Positions 48,301 through 58,684 of a stretch of 64,000 bases of DNA are shown in pieces. The DNA lies in assembly GCA_044440125.1 (NCBI GenBank), contig JBITAJ010000031.1, positions 28,225 through 92,224 of the forward strand, given 5' to 3'. Within the stretch, counting starts at the first letter, position 1. Each line of letters starts with the position of its first letter. Position numbers and translations under genes: made by a program. The notes beneath the pieces were generated by a model. It was not told where the DNA came from, searched no databases, and saw only the letters and a list, made by a program, of their open reading frames with translations. Origin of the DNA: Sedimentisphaeraceae bacterium JB056 (GTDB lineage Bacteria; Planctomycetota; Phycisphaerae; Sedimentisphaerales; Sedimentisphaeraceae).

Positions 48301-48956
48301 CATATATCAACTTCCTGCATCAATATCTGACTGAGAGAATCCCATAGTTTTTCAGAATTATCTTCATAACACATTGCCATCCATCGCTCTGGATCGACAA
48401 GTGAATTGAGAAACTCATCAATGCTGTATATATTTTTAAGCACACCCTTCTTCAAGTCAGGATCTCTACCTTCAAACATCGCCCTCAGATCATTCGTAAG
48501 CGTTTCGCTCTCCCAAGCCAGCTCAACAATATCAGCAAGTATTTCCTGACGAAGCAGTCGCTGTTCGTCTCCTTCAATAATCGTAAACGAAGGGTCTATG
48601 CCAAGCCTGTAAAAATTATCCGCAATAATCTTACGGCAGAAAGAGTGGATCGTACTTATATCGGCAATATCGATTTTGAGCAGTTGAGATTTCAGCCTCG
48701 CCCGATTAGCCCCTTTGGCTTCTTTCGCCAATGTTCTGGCAATACGCTCCTTCATCTCCGCCGCGGCATCTTCTGTAAAAGTCAAGACAAGAATCTTGTC
48801 AATATCAGCAGGCCGCTGATCATCAAGAAGCAAATCGATACAGCGATGCGACAAAACAGCGGTCTTGCCCGTGCCGGCAGAAGCAGCTACCTGCACATCA
48901 CCGCGGCTTTTTATCGCACGTCTTTGAGAATCAGTCCATTTAATCTCACTCATCAC
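45309..48956 (-). CDS. addA: Helicase-nuclease AddAB subunit AddA
   Basis: ASAGTGKT, TFTEDAA.EMKERI, STIHSFC, VDEYQD, VGDVKQSIY, NFR, MSIHKSKGLEFP, YVAMTRA, QGIIDL, VDFKTD. Confidence 0.95.
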   Translation of the reverse strand: MMSEIKWTDSQRRAIKSRGDVQVAASAGTGKTAVLSHRCIDLLLDDQRPADIDKILVLTFTEDAAAEMKERIARTLAKEAKGANRARLKSQLLKIDIADISTIHSFCRKIIADNFYRLGIDPSFTIIEGDEQRLLRQEILADIVELAWESETLTNDLRAMFEGRDPDLKKGVLKNIYSIDEFLNSLVDPERWMAMCYEDNSEKLWDSLSQILMQEVDICRSLCRHAISLDESLTDGHYQQNFLDFENGLSGIEESIKANDRAEIESKIDELVSMRFKSRPRGSDETLYNSVRYPVAEIAKKKILTKIKNELAPADVFDLIENSTRQDTAAIIGITKMFREEYRKRKQQLKCLDFGDLERLALQLLTNEDGSPSDVAKELREHYQYVFVDEYQDVNKLQDRIVELVSRGGNLFIVGDVKQSIYSWRQARPELFLNRIKNSSQSGADNIYLNDNFRCRKGVVDFVNLTFSELMTSDVAGMDYDENAALGFGAKWYLPLEDVCRDQTPCCNELHIITSEDSGVDEEDDDSDMSLQSTNQKQAMVIAKRIQQLVGGNDGCGEMRIAGRDGLLRDVQYGDIVILLRSLKGRVNDYVDVLRQFNIPVEASVTGNYFESPEVNDCLAILKVLDNPMRDIELAAAMRSPVFGFSDSELYEIRKNADNDIKVFYNCVLDYTLRGGDDILVCKLKEMLEVLESWRELASRSYLAQVIWQILRHNDYLSFVSALPGGLQRRGDLLKLHERGIQFEGFVSTQGNPSLSRFVDFIERLRESEGDWSQAETDTGQSSSVRIMSIHKSKGLEFPVVFMPAMEKSFNLMDVSETCLLDEELPLGLKVYLGQRGDKYNTDSFNIIKRNKLASNIAEEMRTLYVAMTRAREKLIMVADTSKKDNGQAGYYLSQKLEELANLGERKVLNWWLSDSNNRSYLDWIVAANRDDVAVKGAVLKGGKLENLRLFVTKADELSFEDSASQNLSVSDAATDSAEVVSQLCKRFEARYRYEEVLSLPVKNSVSSITHRDDEFKVDYSAKSIDTVDMRFTGSESEKTDPRLIGTATHLVFEHLDLMKKPTEQDVAKLIERFVNTGAISAAIAQRIDAGQILAFFDTEPGRLLFDTDVTVHREYPFTIALTPQECGYQLSQQEIGDDIIVQGIIDLLMITPEGMVIVDFKTDNVTAHNIESRAEIYKKQLRLYACAVSKILKSSVAAQWLYFLKPSLARRCDE

Positions 48957-51900
48957 TATTCTCCTCTACACCTACAAGTTCAAAGAAGCCTTTTTTCTTA
49001 TCACGCCCCATATCATCAGCTGCTTTCGATTCATTCAATTGCCTGTCAAATCGGCACACCGGTTTATAATCACAATACTCACAAACAAGAGCACCATTGA
49101 GATTGAACGGGCGAATTGATATATCTCCCGAAATAATCGACTCGCATATATCCGATATTTTATCCACAGTAAAAGCAAGCAATTGATCAACCTGTGAACT
49201 GTCCAGCATATCGCCGCTTGAATTCTTATTGAAACCGCCATCATTTTTCAGAGCCATAGCATAGAACTTGCTCTTTTGTCCGCAATCAAGTTCGCTGTCA
49301 ATTAAGTTGTAATAATCACCGTTATAAATACCTCTCGGTTTTCTTACAGACACTGAGCCAAGTTTATCTGAGCTTCTGCCACTTCCTGCCTGCGACCTGA
49401 TAGGTATGTAAAATGAAGCAACGGCCTTGGTATCTTTAGATGCCCCGTTCATTGATGCATTGATTGCAAGCATATAAACAGGGAGCTGAAGTTCAAGCCC
49501 ATGATAAAGTTTGAGCCAATCAAGACTCGGTTTACTTTGTGATTTGTAATCATAGACAACAGCCGTATTGTTATGAATATCAACTCTGTCAATCTTACCT
49601 TTGAGTAATATTTTTCTGCCGCGGCTATTGACTATCTCAAAGCCGCTATTTTTACCAAACCCAAAATCCATCTCACTTACAGCAAGCTTGAAACTGCTTA
49701 TCTCAGCCATCAACCGCAACGACCGCAATAGCTCCATCGCTTCTTCGACCATTGACTCGAATATAAACATATTATGCCGTGATGAACGTATTATCGAATC
49801 AAGATGTTCATCCTTGCTTCTGATTTGTTCTATCTTATCTCGGGCAATACTGACCAGCTCAGCTTCATCAATATCATTAAACCCAAGAGATGCCGCTATC
49901 AGATGTTTTGACACCATATCAAACAAATCGTGATAGAACACCCCTTTCTTCAAAGGATCGTAAACAAACTGTTCACGAGGTTTGAGGCCTAGAACATATC
50001 TCGCAAAATATTTATACGGACATCCTGAGTAAGTCTGAAGTTTGGTAACAGATGTTTCAAAGATTTCTGATCCCAGCAACTCTTTCACTTTATCATCAAG
50101 CTCTGAACCGTTATCAAAAACACTTGCCCTGCGAAGAGGCTCAATGCAATCTGAAAGTATATCTACTTTTTTAATTTCATTCTGAACAGGCTCTATATCC
50201 ACACCACTGAACTTAGCGAAATTATTACGGCCGCCGTTGATGCACAGATAATCCTTCAACTGCCAGCTTTTGGTAAGTCTATTTATATCATCGAGGTTTA
50301 TGCCGGCACTAACCTCAAGCCCATCAAACATAGATATCACATCAGAAATAACATCGCTTCTCTGCTGCTTTTTTCCACCTTTATCAAGCTTGGGCCAACT
50401 GATAAAAAGCTTCTCCGATGCTCGTGTCAAAGCAATATAAGCAAGGTAATTTTTCTTTCGCAACTTCACCTCCCTGCCCTGCTCAAGTTCGCACCCTTCA
50501 TCACAGGAAAATTGCCTGTCATAATCCGTCAAAAGAGAAGCATCTGTTATCGTCAACGGAAACTTCTTCGCAACTGCACCCGCAATAAAAACAGCCTTGA
50601 CATCAGGAAGACGGCTTCTGTCTATCTCACTGATTATAACCTGATCCTGTCCCGGAGGAATCAGTGATGATGTTATCGCCGAAAGCGAATCACAAAAACA
50701 TCCGATAAAGATTTCAGCCGGCATTTTGTCTCCGGCAAAGACGACCGCTATCTCACTCAGCACCTGATTAACCTGAGAATAAACCTGAGCATGGTCAATC
50801 TCTCCTGCATCAAACTCCTGACTCTTTTCAAGCCAGCTGTTCAGTGTTTCACTGACATTGAGACGACCAAGAAAATCCTGCATAACCTGCGAGAACACCC
50901 CTGCTTCTATTTCCTCAGAAAGCTGATGATTAAGCCAACGTAAATCAGCAGAAGCCTTTTGCTTCAATTCATTGAGCGATACAGAATCCAAGCCGTAAGC
51001 AGCATGGCTTTTCCACGCTTCATCGCCAAGCCAATGCTTCTTCTCGATTCCTTCGGAAAGACAGTAGTTCTCAAGCATCTGCACTTTTGTCTTATCAATC
51101 ATAACAAGAGAATTCTTGAGAAAGCTGAATATATCAACACGCTCAAAACCACCGGTTATCACACGCATGGCAGATATCAGCAGGTGCACAAGCGGATGCT
51201 GAAGACAGCTTCTTCGCTTATCAAGAAAGAATGGAATCTTGAAATCTCCGAATATCTGCCTTAAGTAGACTTCATAAGCATCCATGTCGTTAAGTATTAC
51301 AGCGATATCTCGATAGCGATAACCATCATTAAAAACCAGACTGTTGATCTTGTCAACGATATACTCCACCTCGTTATTGACATTGAGCGGGTTGGCTATT
51401 AAAAGATTGCCATTGGTTGAAACCGTAGCACCGGCCTCTGACTCACTGAATATATTCTTCTCAACCCACTTGAGTTCATCGCTCCTAAACCTTCTAATCT
51501 CATCAAACTCAACAGGCGACTCCAGCTCAATACCGTTTTTCAGAATCACATTCTCAAGCTTGTTCTTTGTCTCAATTATCGGCTTGAAAACATCAGGCCG
51601 TTGTGACTGATTTTCCATACACAGAGTAATATTTGCCTGTGAACAAACCTTGAAAAGCTCGGTAAGCACATCATATTCTGCCTGCGTAAAACTCGAGAAG
51701 CCGTCAACCCATAAACGTGCACCCTTGAACAATTCACTCGATGCAATTTCACGCTTTATAATCGCAAGCTGCTGATCTGGGTTTTCAAATCGTCCCGTAA
51801 GATAATCAACATATTCATCATATATCAGTGCGATATCAGCAAGCTTCTCAAGCGTCATCTTCTCGCTCAAGCTGAGCTGCTCATGGCGTCTTATCACATC

Positions 51901-52317
51901 CATAAGATCAATGCTCGTTTTGCCGCATTGATACAACTCGGTTATCATCGATGCCACCTTGTCAACCATTCCAGGCTGATCAGCCATAGTGTGGAACACT
52001 TTAAGGCGACTTGCATTTTCTCGCAGAATACGTGAAATAATCAAGAACTTCGCAGTTTTAGTAAGCGGTTCCAACAAAATATCAGTTTGAGAAACCCAGA
52101 ACCCCAATCTATTGAAAGATACAATGTAGGCATCACTATAGCCGCCAATCCGCTCATCACGCAGTATCGCACTCTCAATCTGATAAGTGGCCTGCTCAGG
52201 AACAAGAAACACCAGCTTCTCCTTGCGATTGCGTTCAAGGAGAGCCTCCTTTATCTGCTCTATGCAATAATGCGTCTTACCGCTTCCCGCAGGCCCCATT
52301 ACAAATCTAACTGCCAT
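48946..52317 (-). CDS. addB: Helicase-nuclease AddAB subunit AddB
   Basis: GPAGSGKT, LVPEQ, VDGF, CPYKYF, GKIDRVD, DYKS, LQLPVY, CEYCDYKPVC (four Fe-S Cys). Confidence 0.93.
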   Translation of the reverse strand: MAVRFVMGPAGSGKTHYCIEQIKEALLERNRKEKLVFLVPEQATYQIESAILRDERIGGYSDAYIVSFNRLGFWVSQTDILLEPLTKTAKFLIISRILRENASRLKVFHTMADQPGMVDKVASMITELYQCGKTSIDLMDVIRRHEQLSLSEKMTLEKLADIALIYDEYVDYLTGRFENPDQQLAIIKREIASSELFKGARLWVDGFSSFTQAEYDVLTELFKVCSQANITLCMENQSQRPDVFKPIIETKNKLENVILKNGIELESPVEFDEIRRFRSDELKWVEKNIFSESEAGATVSTNGNLLIANPLNVNNEVEYIVDKINSLVFNDGYRYRDIAVILNDMDAYEVYLRQIFGDFKIPFFLDKRRSCLQHPLVHLLISAMRVITGGFERVDIFSFLKNSLVMIDKTKVQMLENYCLSEGIEKKHWLGDEAWKSHAAYGLDSVSLNELKQKASADLRWLNHQLSEEIEAGVFSQVMQDFLGRLNVSETLNSWLEKSQEFDAGEIDHAQVYSQVNQVLSEIAVVFAGDKMPAEIFIGCFCDSLSAITSSLIPPGQDQVIISEIDRSRLPDVKAVFIAGAVAKKFPLTITDASLLTDYDRQFSCDEGCELEQGREVKLRKKNYLAYIALTRASEKLFISWPKLDKGGKKQQRSDVISDVISMFDGLEVSAGINLDDINRLTKSWQLKDYLCINGGRNNFAKFSGVDIEPVQNEIKKVDILSDCIEPLRRASVFDNGSELDDKVKELLGSEIFETSVTKLQTYSGCPYKYFARYVLGLKPREQFVYDPLKKGVFYHDLFDMVSKHLIAASLGFNDIDEAELVSIARDKIEQIRSKDEHLDSIIRSSRHNMFIFESMVEEAMELLRSLRLMAEISSFKLAVSEMDFGFGKNSGFEIVNSRGRKILLKGKIDRVDIHNNTAVVYDYKSQSKPSLDWLKLYHGLELQLPVYMLAINASMNGASKDTKAVASFYIPIRSQAGSGRSSDKLGSVSVRKPRGIYNGDYYNLIDSELDCGQKSKFYAMALKNDGGFNKNSSGDMLDSSQVDQLLAFTVDKISDICESIISGDISIRPFNLNGALVCEYCDYKPVCRFDRQLNESKAADDMGRDKKKGFFELVGVEENSDE

Positions 52318-52318
52318 A

Positions 52319-53221
52319 TCACCTCTCCCTTTCCTGATACCGGTATTTCTGTGGCGGCATGCCTATATGTTTACTGAAAACCCTTGAAAAATAGTTTGCC
52401 TCACTGAAACCAACCGATCCTGATATTTCCTTTAATGTCATATTTGTACTCAGCAAAAGCAGTTGAGCCCTCTCTATACGCTTGCGACTCAAATACTCCA
52501 CCGGCCTCTCACCCATAAAATCAGCGAAAAGATTCGAAAAATATGTCGGATTCAAATGTATGACCTCCGCCATATCGCTTAAAGTTATCGGTTTTTGAAG
52601 GTTTTCGTCAATAAAATGCAGTACTTCAGCAAACCTTCCCGCCGCAGCAAGCTTGCCTGGTTCAGTAAATCCCGTAGCCGTCTTCAAAAAAGGAGCGATC
52701 AACTGGTTAAGTATACCCCTGCTTTCGACTGCACGCGAGATAAAATCACCGGCTTTTGCCGGGTCATCAGAAAGCATCTTTATATCGATAGAGCCTATAT
52801 TTTCAGGAAGAGATACCGACCTCTTGGGATCAATATCATAAAGTTTTTTATCGGGATTCAACTCTATCAAACGCTCGAAAAGCTGTTTATGTTCGTTCTC
52901 TGCCTTGAGCTGATACTGGCAATTCTGTATCGTAAAAAGATCAAGCCCGCACAGAAGTCGACTGGTGAAATGCACAAAATAATGTTCAAGAAAATCTTTG
53001 CAATAATAATCATGAAACTCGAAACAAGGTATAAGATACATATTACCAGGCCTGATATCATATCTCACACCGCCAAACTCAACTGCACCCCCGCCATCAA
53101 CCGCATAATATAGCCGAGTGAAGGGACTGTTAACGTTCTTCCAGTTCCATCCTCGCCCGACGCGTATCAGATCGGTATTGAGAATCTGGAGGTCAAAATC
53201 TAATGCAAATCGTTCGAGCAT
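52319..53221 (-). CDS. AraC family transcriptional regulator
   Basis: Cupin-like N-terminus (SPFTRLYY); C-terminal YFSNLF, RIERAQLLL, VGFSEANYFSRVF.K..G.PP..YR. Confidence 0.93.
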   Translation of the reverse strand: MLERFALDFDLQILNTDLIRVGRGWNWKNVNSPFTRLYYAVDGGGAVEFGGVRYDIRPGNMYLIPCFEFHDYYCKDFLEHYFVHFTSRLLCGLDLFTIQNCQYQLKAENEHKQLFERLIELNPDKKLYDIDPKRSVSLPENIGSIDIKMLSDDPAKAGDFISRAVESRGILNQLIAPFLKTATGFTEPGKLAAAGRFAEVLHFIDENLQKPITLSDMAEVIHLNPTYFSNLFADFMGERPVEYLSRKRIERAQLLLLSTNMTLKEISGSVGFSEANYFSRVFSKHIGMPPQKYRYQERER

Positions 53222-53468
53222 AAATACATCCTATTAGTTACAACAACCACAATTATATCGGCCTGATACCATTTTGCAATGCTTTTAACATAAAGCGGTA
53301 CAACTGAAGCGGCAAGGATAATTTATTCTTGAAAATACGCGAATATTAACTATCATAAGCAGGTGATATATTAACGTTGGAACCTCGAAAAGTAATATTT
53401 CCTGGTCTGCCGCTGGCATTTATCACTGAAACAGTTAATTCAAAAAGCATAACTTATAGGGATTGTAT

Positions 53469-55136
53469 ATGGCAAGCAAAGAGCAGCCTTTATTTGATAG
53501 TAAATCGGAAGCCCAGGCTCCGGCAAAAAGAAAAAGAAAAGGTAAGTCTCAAACCGCGGCTACAGCCGAGACAATGGCTACCAAGCAAAGAGACATCAGT
53601 ATTAGTGAGTTTTTCGCTAAGAACCGTCACCTTTTAGGCTTTGACAACCCTCGAAAGGCATTGCTTACAACTATCAAGGAAGCTGTCGACAACGCCCTTG
53701 ACGCCTGCGAAGAGGCACATATCCTGCCTGATTTGTATATAGCAATCAAACAGGTTTCAGACAATAAATTCCAGATTATCGTTAGAGATAACGGCCCTGG
53801 TATCATTAAAAGGCAGGTTCCGAATATCTTTGCCCGTCTATTGTACGGCAGTAAGTTCCACTCTCTGAAAATGAGCCGTGGTCAGCAGGGTATTGGTATC
53901 AGTGCGGCCGGTATGTATGGTCTGATAACAACCGGTGAGCCGGTAGAGGTAATATCGAAGACCAGCAAGACAAGACCGGCATACAGCTGTGAAGTTAAGA
54001 TTGATACAGGAAAGAACAGACCTGTAATCGTCAGCGAAGATGATGATAAACCATTCCCGCAGCCAACAGGAACTCAAGTAACAATCACTCTTGAAGGACG
54101 ATACCAAAAAGGTAAGCAGTCTGTAGACGAATATATCATCCAGACAGCGATGGCAAACCCACACGCAACCATAATCTATGATGCACCTGATGGCAATCAC
54201 TACGAATATGAGCGTCAGAACAGCGACATGCCTTTCATACCTGTAGAAATCAAACCTCACCCTTACGGTGTTGAAATAGGTATGCTCTTCAAGATGGCAC
54301 AGGATACCGCGACTAAAAAGGTACCCGAATTCTTACATAAGGAATTTTCACGTGTAAGTACGAATCTTGCAAAAACAATATGCAAGGATGCGGGGCTAAG
54401 TCTGTCATTGAAGCCCTCAAAGGCAACTCTACCTGAAATCGAAACCTTGCACAAGGTCATAAACGACACTAAAATAATGGCCCCCTCAACTGATTGTATC
54501 GGGCCGATAGGTGAGGAGAGACTCGAAGAGGGATTGCGACGTATTGTCCCTGATGCAAGTTTCTACGCCACATGCAGCAGAAAGCCAAGCGTTTACCGTG
54601 GTAATCCTTTCCTTGTCGAAGCCGCACTGGCTTATGGATTCAAAGACCCTGACGGCAAGGGAAGCGACGATGACGATCGCCAGCCGCTTATGCAGTTGAA
54701 AAGAATTGCCAATCGTGTACCGCTGTTGTATCAGCAATCTGCCTGTGCGACACATAAAGCGGTACTGGATATAAACTGGCGTAATTACGGACTGAGCCAG
54801 AGCCGTGGAGCCCTTCCTGCCGGCTCGCTTCTGCTTATGGTTCACATAGGCTCTGTATGGGTTCCTTTTACCTCTGAGAGTAAGGAAGCTGTCGCTCACT
54901 ACCCTGAGATAATCAAAGAGATCAAACTGGCCGCACAAGAATGCGGTCGTAAGCTCGGCATACACCTGAAACGCCAGAAAAGAATCAAACAAGAGCTCGT
55001 AAAACGTGGCTATATAAAAACATATCTGCCGCATATAGGAGAAGCTCTCAGAGACATACTTACACTTTCTGAACCGGAAGTCAACGAACTTGTCGAGAAA
55101 CTTCAAGACACTCTTGAAAGATCACGAAAGTTCTAA
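53469..55136 (+). CDS. top6B: DNA topoisomerase VI subunit B
   Basis: EFFAKNRHLLGFDN, KEAVDNALDA, DNGPG, GSKF, SRGQQGIGISAA, PHPYGVE, NRVPLLY, VPFTSESKEA. ATG at 53469. Confidence 0.95.
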   Translation: MASKEQPLFDSKSEAQAPAKRKRKGKSQTAATAETMATKQRDISISEFFAKNRHLLGFDNPRKALLTTIKEAVDNALDACEEAHILPDLYIAIKQVSDNKFQIIVRDNGPGIIKRQVPNIFARLLYGSKFHSLKMSRGQQGIGISAAGMYGLITTGEPVEVISKTSKTRPAYSCEVKIDTGKNRPVIVSEDDDKPFPQPTGTQVTITLEGRYQKGKQSVDEYIIQTAMANPHATIIYDAPDGNHYEYERQNSDMPFIPVEIKPHPYGVEIGMLFKMAQDTATKKVPEFLHKEFSRVSTNLAKTICKDAGLSLSLKPSKATLPEIETLHKVINDTKIMAPSTDCIGPIGEERLEEGLRRIVPDASFYATCSRKPSVYRGNPFLVEAALAYGFKDPDGKGSDDDDRQPLMQLKRIANRVPLLYQQSACATHKAVLDINWRNYGLSQSRGALPAGSLLLMVHIGSVWVPFTSESKEAVAHYPEIIKEIKLAAQECGRKLGIHLKRQKRIKQELVKRGYIKTYLPHIGEALRDILTLSEPEVNELVEKLQDTLERSRKF

Positions 55137-55157
55137 AGTTAGATCGGCATTAAACTA

Positions 55158-56135
55158 ATGGAAAATAATCCACTTGTAAAAGTCAGCAATTTAAAGACCT
55201 GGTTTCCGGTCAAAAAGGGATTGTTTTCCAGAACCATAGGTCACGTCAAGGCGGTTGACGGGGTAAGCTTTGAGATACCTGCCGGAAAGACGCTTGGCTT
55301 GGTTGGAGAAAGCGGTTGCGGCAAGACAACTGTCGGCCGAACCATGCTGAGGCTTATCCAGCCGACAGACGGTAGCTTTGTATTCAGAGGTGAAGATGTT
55401 TTCTCAGCGTCTGAGAAAAGAATGCGAAAGCTGCGTAAACAAATGCAGACAATCTTCCAGGATCCTTACGGTTCGCTGAATCCGCGTATGACTGTAGCAA
55501 ATATAGTGGGTGAAGCACTCACAGCACACAAAATTGCCTCTGGAAACCAAAGAAGAGAAAAAATAGCCCAATTACTTGAAAAATCGGGGCTCAGCCCTGA
55601 CTATATGAACAGGTATCCGCACGAATTTTCCGGCGGGCAAAGACAAAGAGTTGGAATAGCAAGAGCCCTCGCCTTAGAGCCTGATCTCATAATATGTGAT
55701 GAACCTGTAAGCGCACTTGATGTATCTATACAGTCTCAAATCATAAATCTGCTTCAGGATTTACAAAAAGAAATGGGACTAACCTTTATATTTATCGCTC
55801 ACGACCTCGCGGTAGTAGAACATATAAGTGACATTGTCGCAGTGATGTACCTTGGGAAAATAGTCGAAATAGCAGATGCTTCAACTCTCTACGAAAACCC
55901 GCTTCATCCTTACACGCAAGCACTCATGAGCGCAATCCCAGTACCTCAGCCGCAAAGAAAGCACCAGAGAATCGTACTCAAAGGAGAGGTGCCCAGTCCT
56001 ATGAATCCTCCAAGCGGCTGCCCTTTTCATCCAAGATGTCCAAAAGCAACCCAGCACTGCAAGACAATAATACCGCAGCTTCTGCCGCAAGAACAGGAAT
56101 CTCATAAGGCTTCCTGCCTTAACATAGGCCTGTAA
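55158..56135 (+). CDS. Oligopeptide/dipeptide ABC transporter ATP-binding subunit (OppF/DppF-like)
   Basis: [44 protein letters not shown]. Confidence 0.95.
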   Translation: MENNPLVKVSNLKTWFPVKKGLFSRTIGHVKAVDGVSFEIPAGKTLGLVGESGCGKTTVGRTMLRLIQPTDGSFVFRGEDVFSASEKRMRKLRKQMQTIFQDPYGSLNPRMTVANIVGEALTAHKIASGNQRREKIAQLLEKSGLSPDYMNRYPHEFSGGQRQRVGIARALALEPDLIICDEPVSALDVSIQSQIINLLQDLQKEMGLTFIFIAHDLAVVEHISDIVAVMYLGKIVEIADASTLYENPLHPYTQALMSAIPVPQPQRKHQRIVLKGEVPSPMNPPSGCPFHPRCPKATQHCKTIIPQLLPQEQESHKASCLNIGL

Positions 56136-56145
56136 TAGCGTAAAG

Positions 56146-57198
56146 TTACACTTTATAGAAGTCTTTGTACCACTTAACGAATCTCTCTACACCAACTTTT
56201 ATAGGTGTATCAGGTCTATAGCCAAGGTCACGTTCAAGATCAGTAGTATCCGCCCATGTAGCTGGTACATCTCCCGGCTGTATCGGAAGCATATTCTTTT
56301 CTGCTTCACGGCCAATACTCTGCTCAATCGCCTCTATGAAATCCATCAGCCTCACAGGGCTTGAATTACCGATATTGTAAACCTTGTAAGGAGCTTTAGA
56401 GCATGATGGATCAGGCTTTTCACCGCTCCAGTCAGGATTTCCTGCCGGCGGATTATCAATCACGCGAACAATGCCCTCAACAATATCATCAACATAAGTA
56501 AAATCTCGCTTCATCTCACCAAAGTTGAATACATCGATTGGTTTATTCTCAAGTATAGCCTTGGTAAACAGGAACAGAGCCATATCCGGCCTGCCCCACG
56601 GACCATAGACAGTAAAGAAACGAAGTCCCGTTGTTGGAAGCTTAAACAAGTGACTGTAGCAATGAGCCATAAGTTCATTACTCTTCTTACTTGCTGCATA
56701 AAGACTTACAGGATGATCTACGTTATCGCTCGTAGAGAAAGGCATAGATTCATTTGCACCATAAACACTTGAAGAACTCGCATAGGCAAGATGCTCGACA
56801 TTGTTGTGACGGCACGCTTCAAGAATATTGATAAAACCGACAATATTGGCCTGTGCATATGCACCTGGATTTATAAGACTGTAACGAACTCCGGCCTGAG
56901 CTGCCAGATTACAAACTCTGTCGAATTTTTCGCGTTCGAATAGCTTGTCTATATTCTCTTTATCTTCAAGATTAAGCTTGATAAAGCTGTAGTTGGAGTA
57001 TTTTGTACTGTCAATGAGCTTATTATATTCTATCTGGTTATGATCAATACCCGTTTCACTTAATCTGCCGTATTTAACCCTGATATCGTAATAGTCATTT
57101 ACATTATCAAGACCAACCACTTCATCACCACGATCAAGCAGATATTTTGCAAGATGAAAACCGATAAAACCTGCTGTTCCTGTTACGAGTATCTTCAT
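56146..57198 (-). CDS. NAD-dependent epimerase, UDP-glucuronate 4-epimerase-like
   Basis: [45 protein letters not shown]. Confidence 0.93.
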   Translation of the reverse strand: MKILVTGTAGFIGFHLAKYLLDRGDEVVGLDNVNDYYDIRVKYGRLSETGIDHNQIEYNKLIDSTKYSNYSFIKLNLEDKENIDKLFEREKFDRVCNLAAQAGVRYSLINPGAYAQANIVGFINILEACRHNNVEHLAYASSSSVYGANESMPFSTSDNVDHPVSLYAASKKSNELMAHCYSHLFKLPTTGLRFFTVYGPWGRPDMALFLFTKAILENKPIDVFNFGEMKRDFTYVDDIVEGIVRVIDNPPAGNPDWSGEKPDPSCSKAPYKVYNIGNSSPVRLMDFIEAIEQSIGREAEKNMLPIQPGDVPATWADTTDLERDLGYRPDTPIKVGVERFVKWYKDFYKV

Positions 57199-57315
57199 TT
57201 TTTAACCTTGAATTTTACAATAAGACCAATAATTCTATACACCTGCAAGGATTATATCAAGCCCGGAGAAAAATTCCAATATTTTATGATAATTCAAAGA
57301 AGGCGTATGAATCTG

Positions 57316-57720
57316 CTAATACATATCTGATTGCCGCTGCCACTGCGACTTCAATACATCCTCAGCCTCAAGCTCCATAACACTGGGTAAAATATAATCG
57401 AATTGACAGAAAACAGCTTCTCTGCTCAACTGAGCCTGATGACAACATCCCGTTAACGAAAACTTGCCAAGAGATTCAACAAACGGAGAATCAAAATCCT
57501 TACAGTTTTCGGTTTCAAATCCACCGCATATATAAATAGTGAATATAGAAAACGAAGGAACCTCATTGAGATTGAAGCATGGAACATCTAAATCAGCGAT
57601 TCCCGGCAAATCTTTGTAACAAAAATTTGAATAAGGACATAAATCAATATACCCTCCGTTCACGCATGAAATACAAGCCAGCACACTTATAAAAAGTACT
57701 TTTAAAACTTGTTTATTCAT
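57316..57720 (-). CDS. Hypothetical Cys-rich protein with signal-like N-terminus
   Basis: Longest ORF filling the gap; MNKQVLKVLFISVLACISC leader; no recognised domain. Confidence 0.5.
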   Translation of the reverse strand: MNKQVLKVLFISVLACISCVNGGYIDLCPYSNFCYKDLPGIADLDVPCFNLNEVPSFSIFTIYICGGFETENCKDFDSPFVESLGKFSLTGCCHQAQLSREAVFCQFDYILPSVMELEAEDVLKSQWQRQSDMY

Positions 57721-57930
57721 TTTAACCCAATTACTATTACCCAATTCGCCTTAATAATAATTAAATATTAATAAATAGCAACAGATATTAGCATTTTTAA
57801 CCAACAAAACAGTACAAAAGTAGAAATCAATTGTACACACTGCAAAAACTGAAACAACATTAAAATCAGATTTTTTAAACAAGCCTCTTCTGCATTTGCC
57901 TTTAAAGAACAATTAAAGTATCATTATTAT

Positions 57931-58347
57931 ATGAGTAAAAACAACGAAAGGACAAAGGCTGCAATAATAGCCGGTACAATTTTAGCGATAGCAATATTGG
58001 CAGTATTGATTGGCAAAGGTAAAATCGACAGTACAAAACTCTTCGGAATTTGTGCCTTTGAACAATCACACAATATACCTTGCCCTTTCTGCGGCATGAC
58101 AACAGCTGTATGTCTGTTTGCAAGAGGTGATATAGCGGGGGCTTTTGAAGCTCAGCCTGCAGCCGCTATTTTCTCGATTATAGCTTCACTTTATCTGATG
58201 TATTGCATCATAAAACTGCTTGGAATTAAGATCAAATCAATCGATGAACGCATAAATCGAATTCGTCTGCTTCATATCATAACGCTTATAGCAGCAATAA
58301 TATTAATAGGCTGGGCGATAAGCATTATCAGATACAAATACTTCTAA
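57931..58347 (+). CDS. DUF2752-family membrane protein
   Basis: C.F......PCPFCGMTTA......GD...AF...P motif with flanking TM helices. Confidence 0.85.
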   Translation: MSKNNERTKAAIIAGTILAIAILAVLIGKGKIDSTKLFGICAFEQSHNIPCPFCGMTTAVCLFARGDIAGAFEAQPAAAIFSIIASLYLMYCIIKLLGIKIKSIDERINRIRLLHIITLIAAIILIGWAISIIRYKYF

Positions 58348-58359
58348 AACTCAATACTC

Positions 58360-58393
58360 AAAAAAAGGACATTTCATTATCTGAAATGTCCTT
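58360..58393 (-). terminator. Intrinsic terminator, stronger on the minus strand
   Basis: AAGGACATTTCA-TTATC-TGAAATGTCCTT preceded by a poly-A run on the plus strand. Confidence 0.8.
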
Positions 58394-58684
58394 GATATTT
58401 TTTGTCAAATTTTGATTACTTTTATTCTGACAGTAACCCTGATCAGTTAGACTTTCTTCTTTTAAGAGCGACTAAGCTTCCAGAGTGTGTCATTCGTACC
58501 ATTCCGTTTGTGGCTGTTTTTTGAGAGTGTGGCGTTTATGTTCATGATTCCAGAAGCCTGCTTAATGAATTTCAAACAATTTTGAAGTTCTAAATCCTCT
58601 TGGGTTTAATTTTAGCCGCCAACATAACATCTTAAAAATATATGAAGCAAATTAGGATGCCCAACGGTATTGATAGTAGCTCTG

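Noticed and set aside
54486..55106. 206-aa antisense ORF, and similar shadow ORFs at 18566-19138, 28172-28699, 43625-44098 and 52595-53113
   Set aside because: All lie within well-supported genes and show no recognisable motifs.
57520..57575. Degenerate PEP-CTERM-like motif (EVPSFSIFTIYICGG) in the 57316-57720 ORF
   Set aside because: It is internal, lacks PEP and has no basic tail; resemblance is too weak.
58630..58680. c-di-GMP-II riboswitch (TTGGGCATC on the minus strand)
   Set aside because: The GTGCAACCG partner segment is absent.
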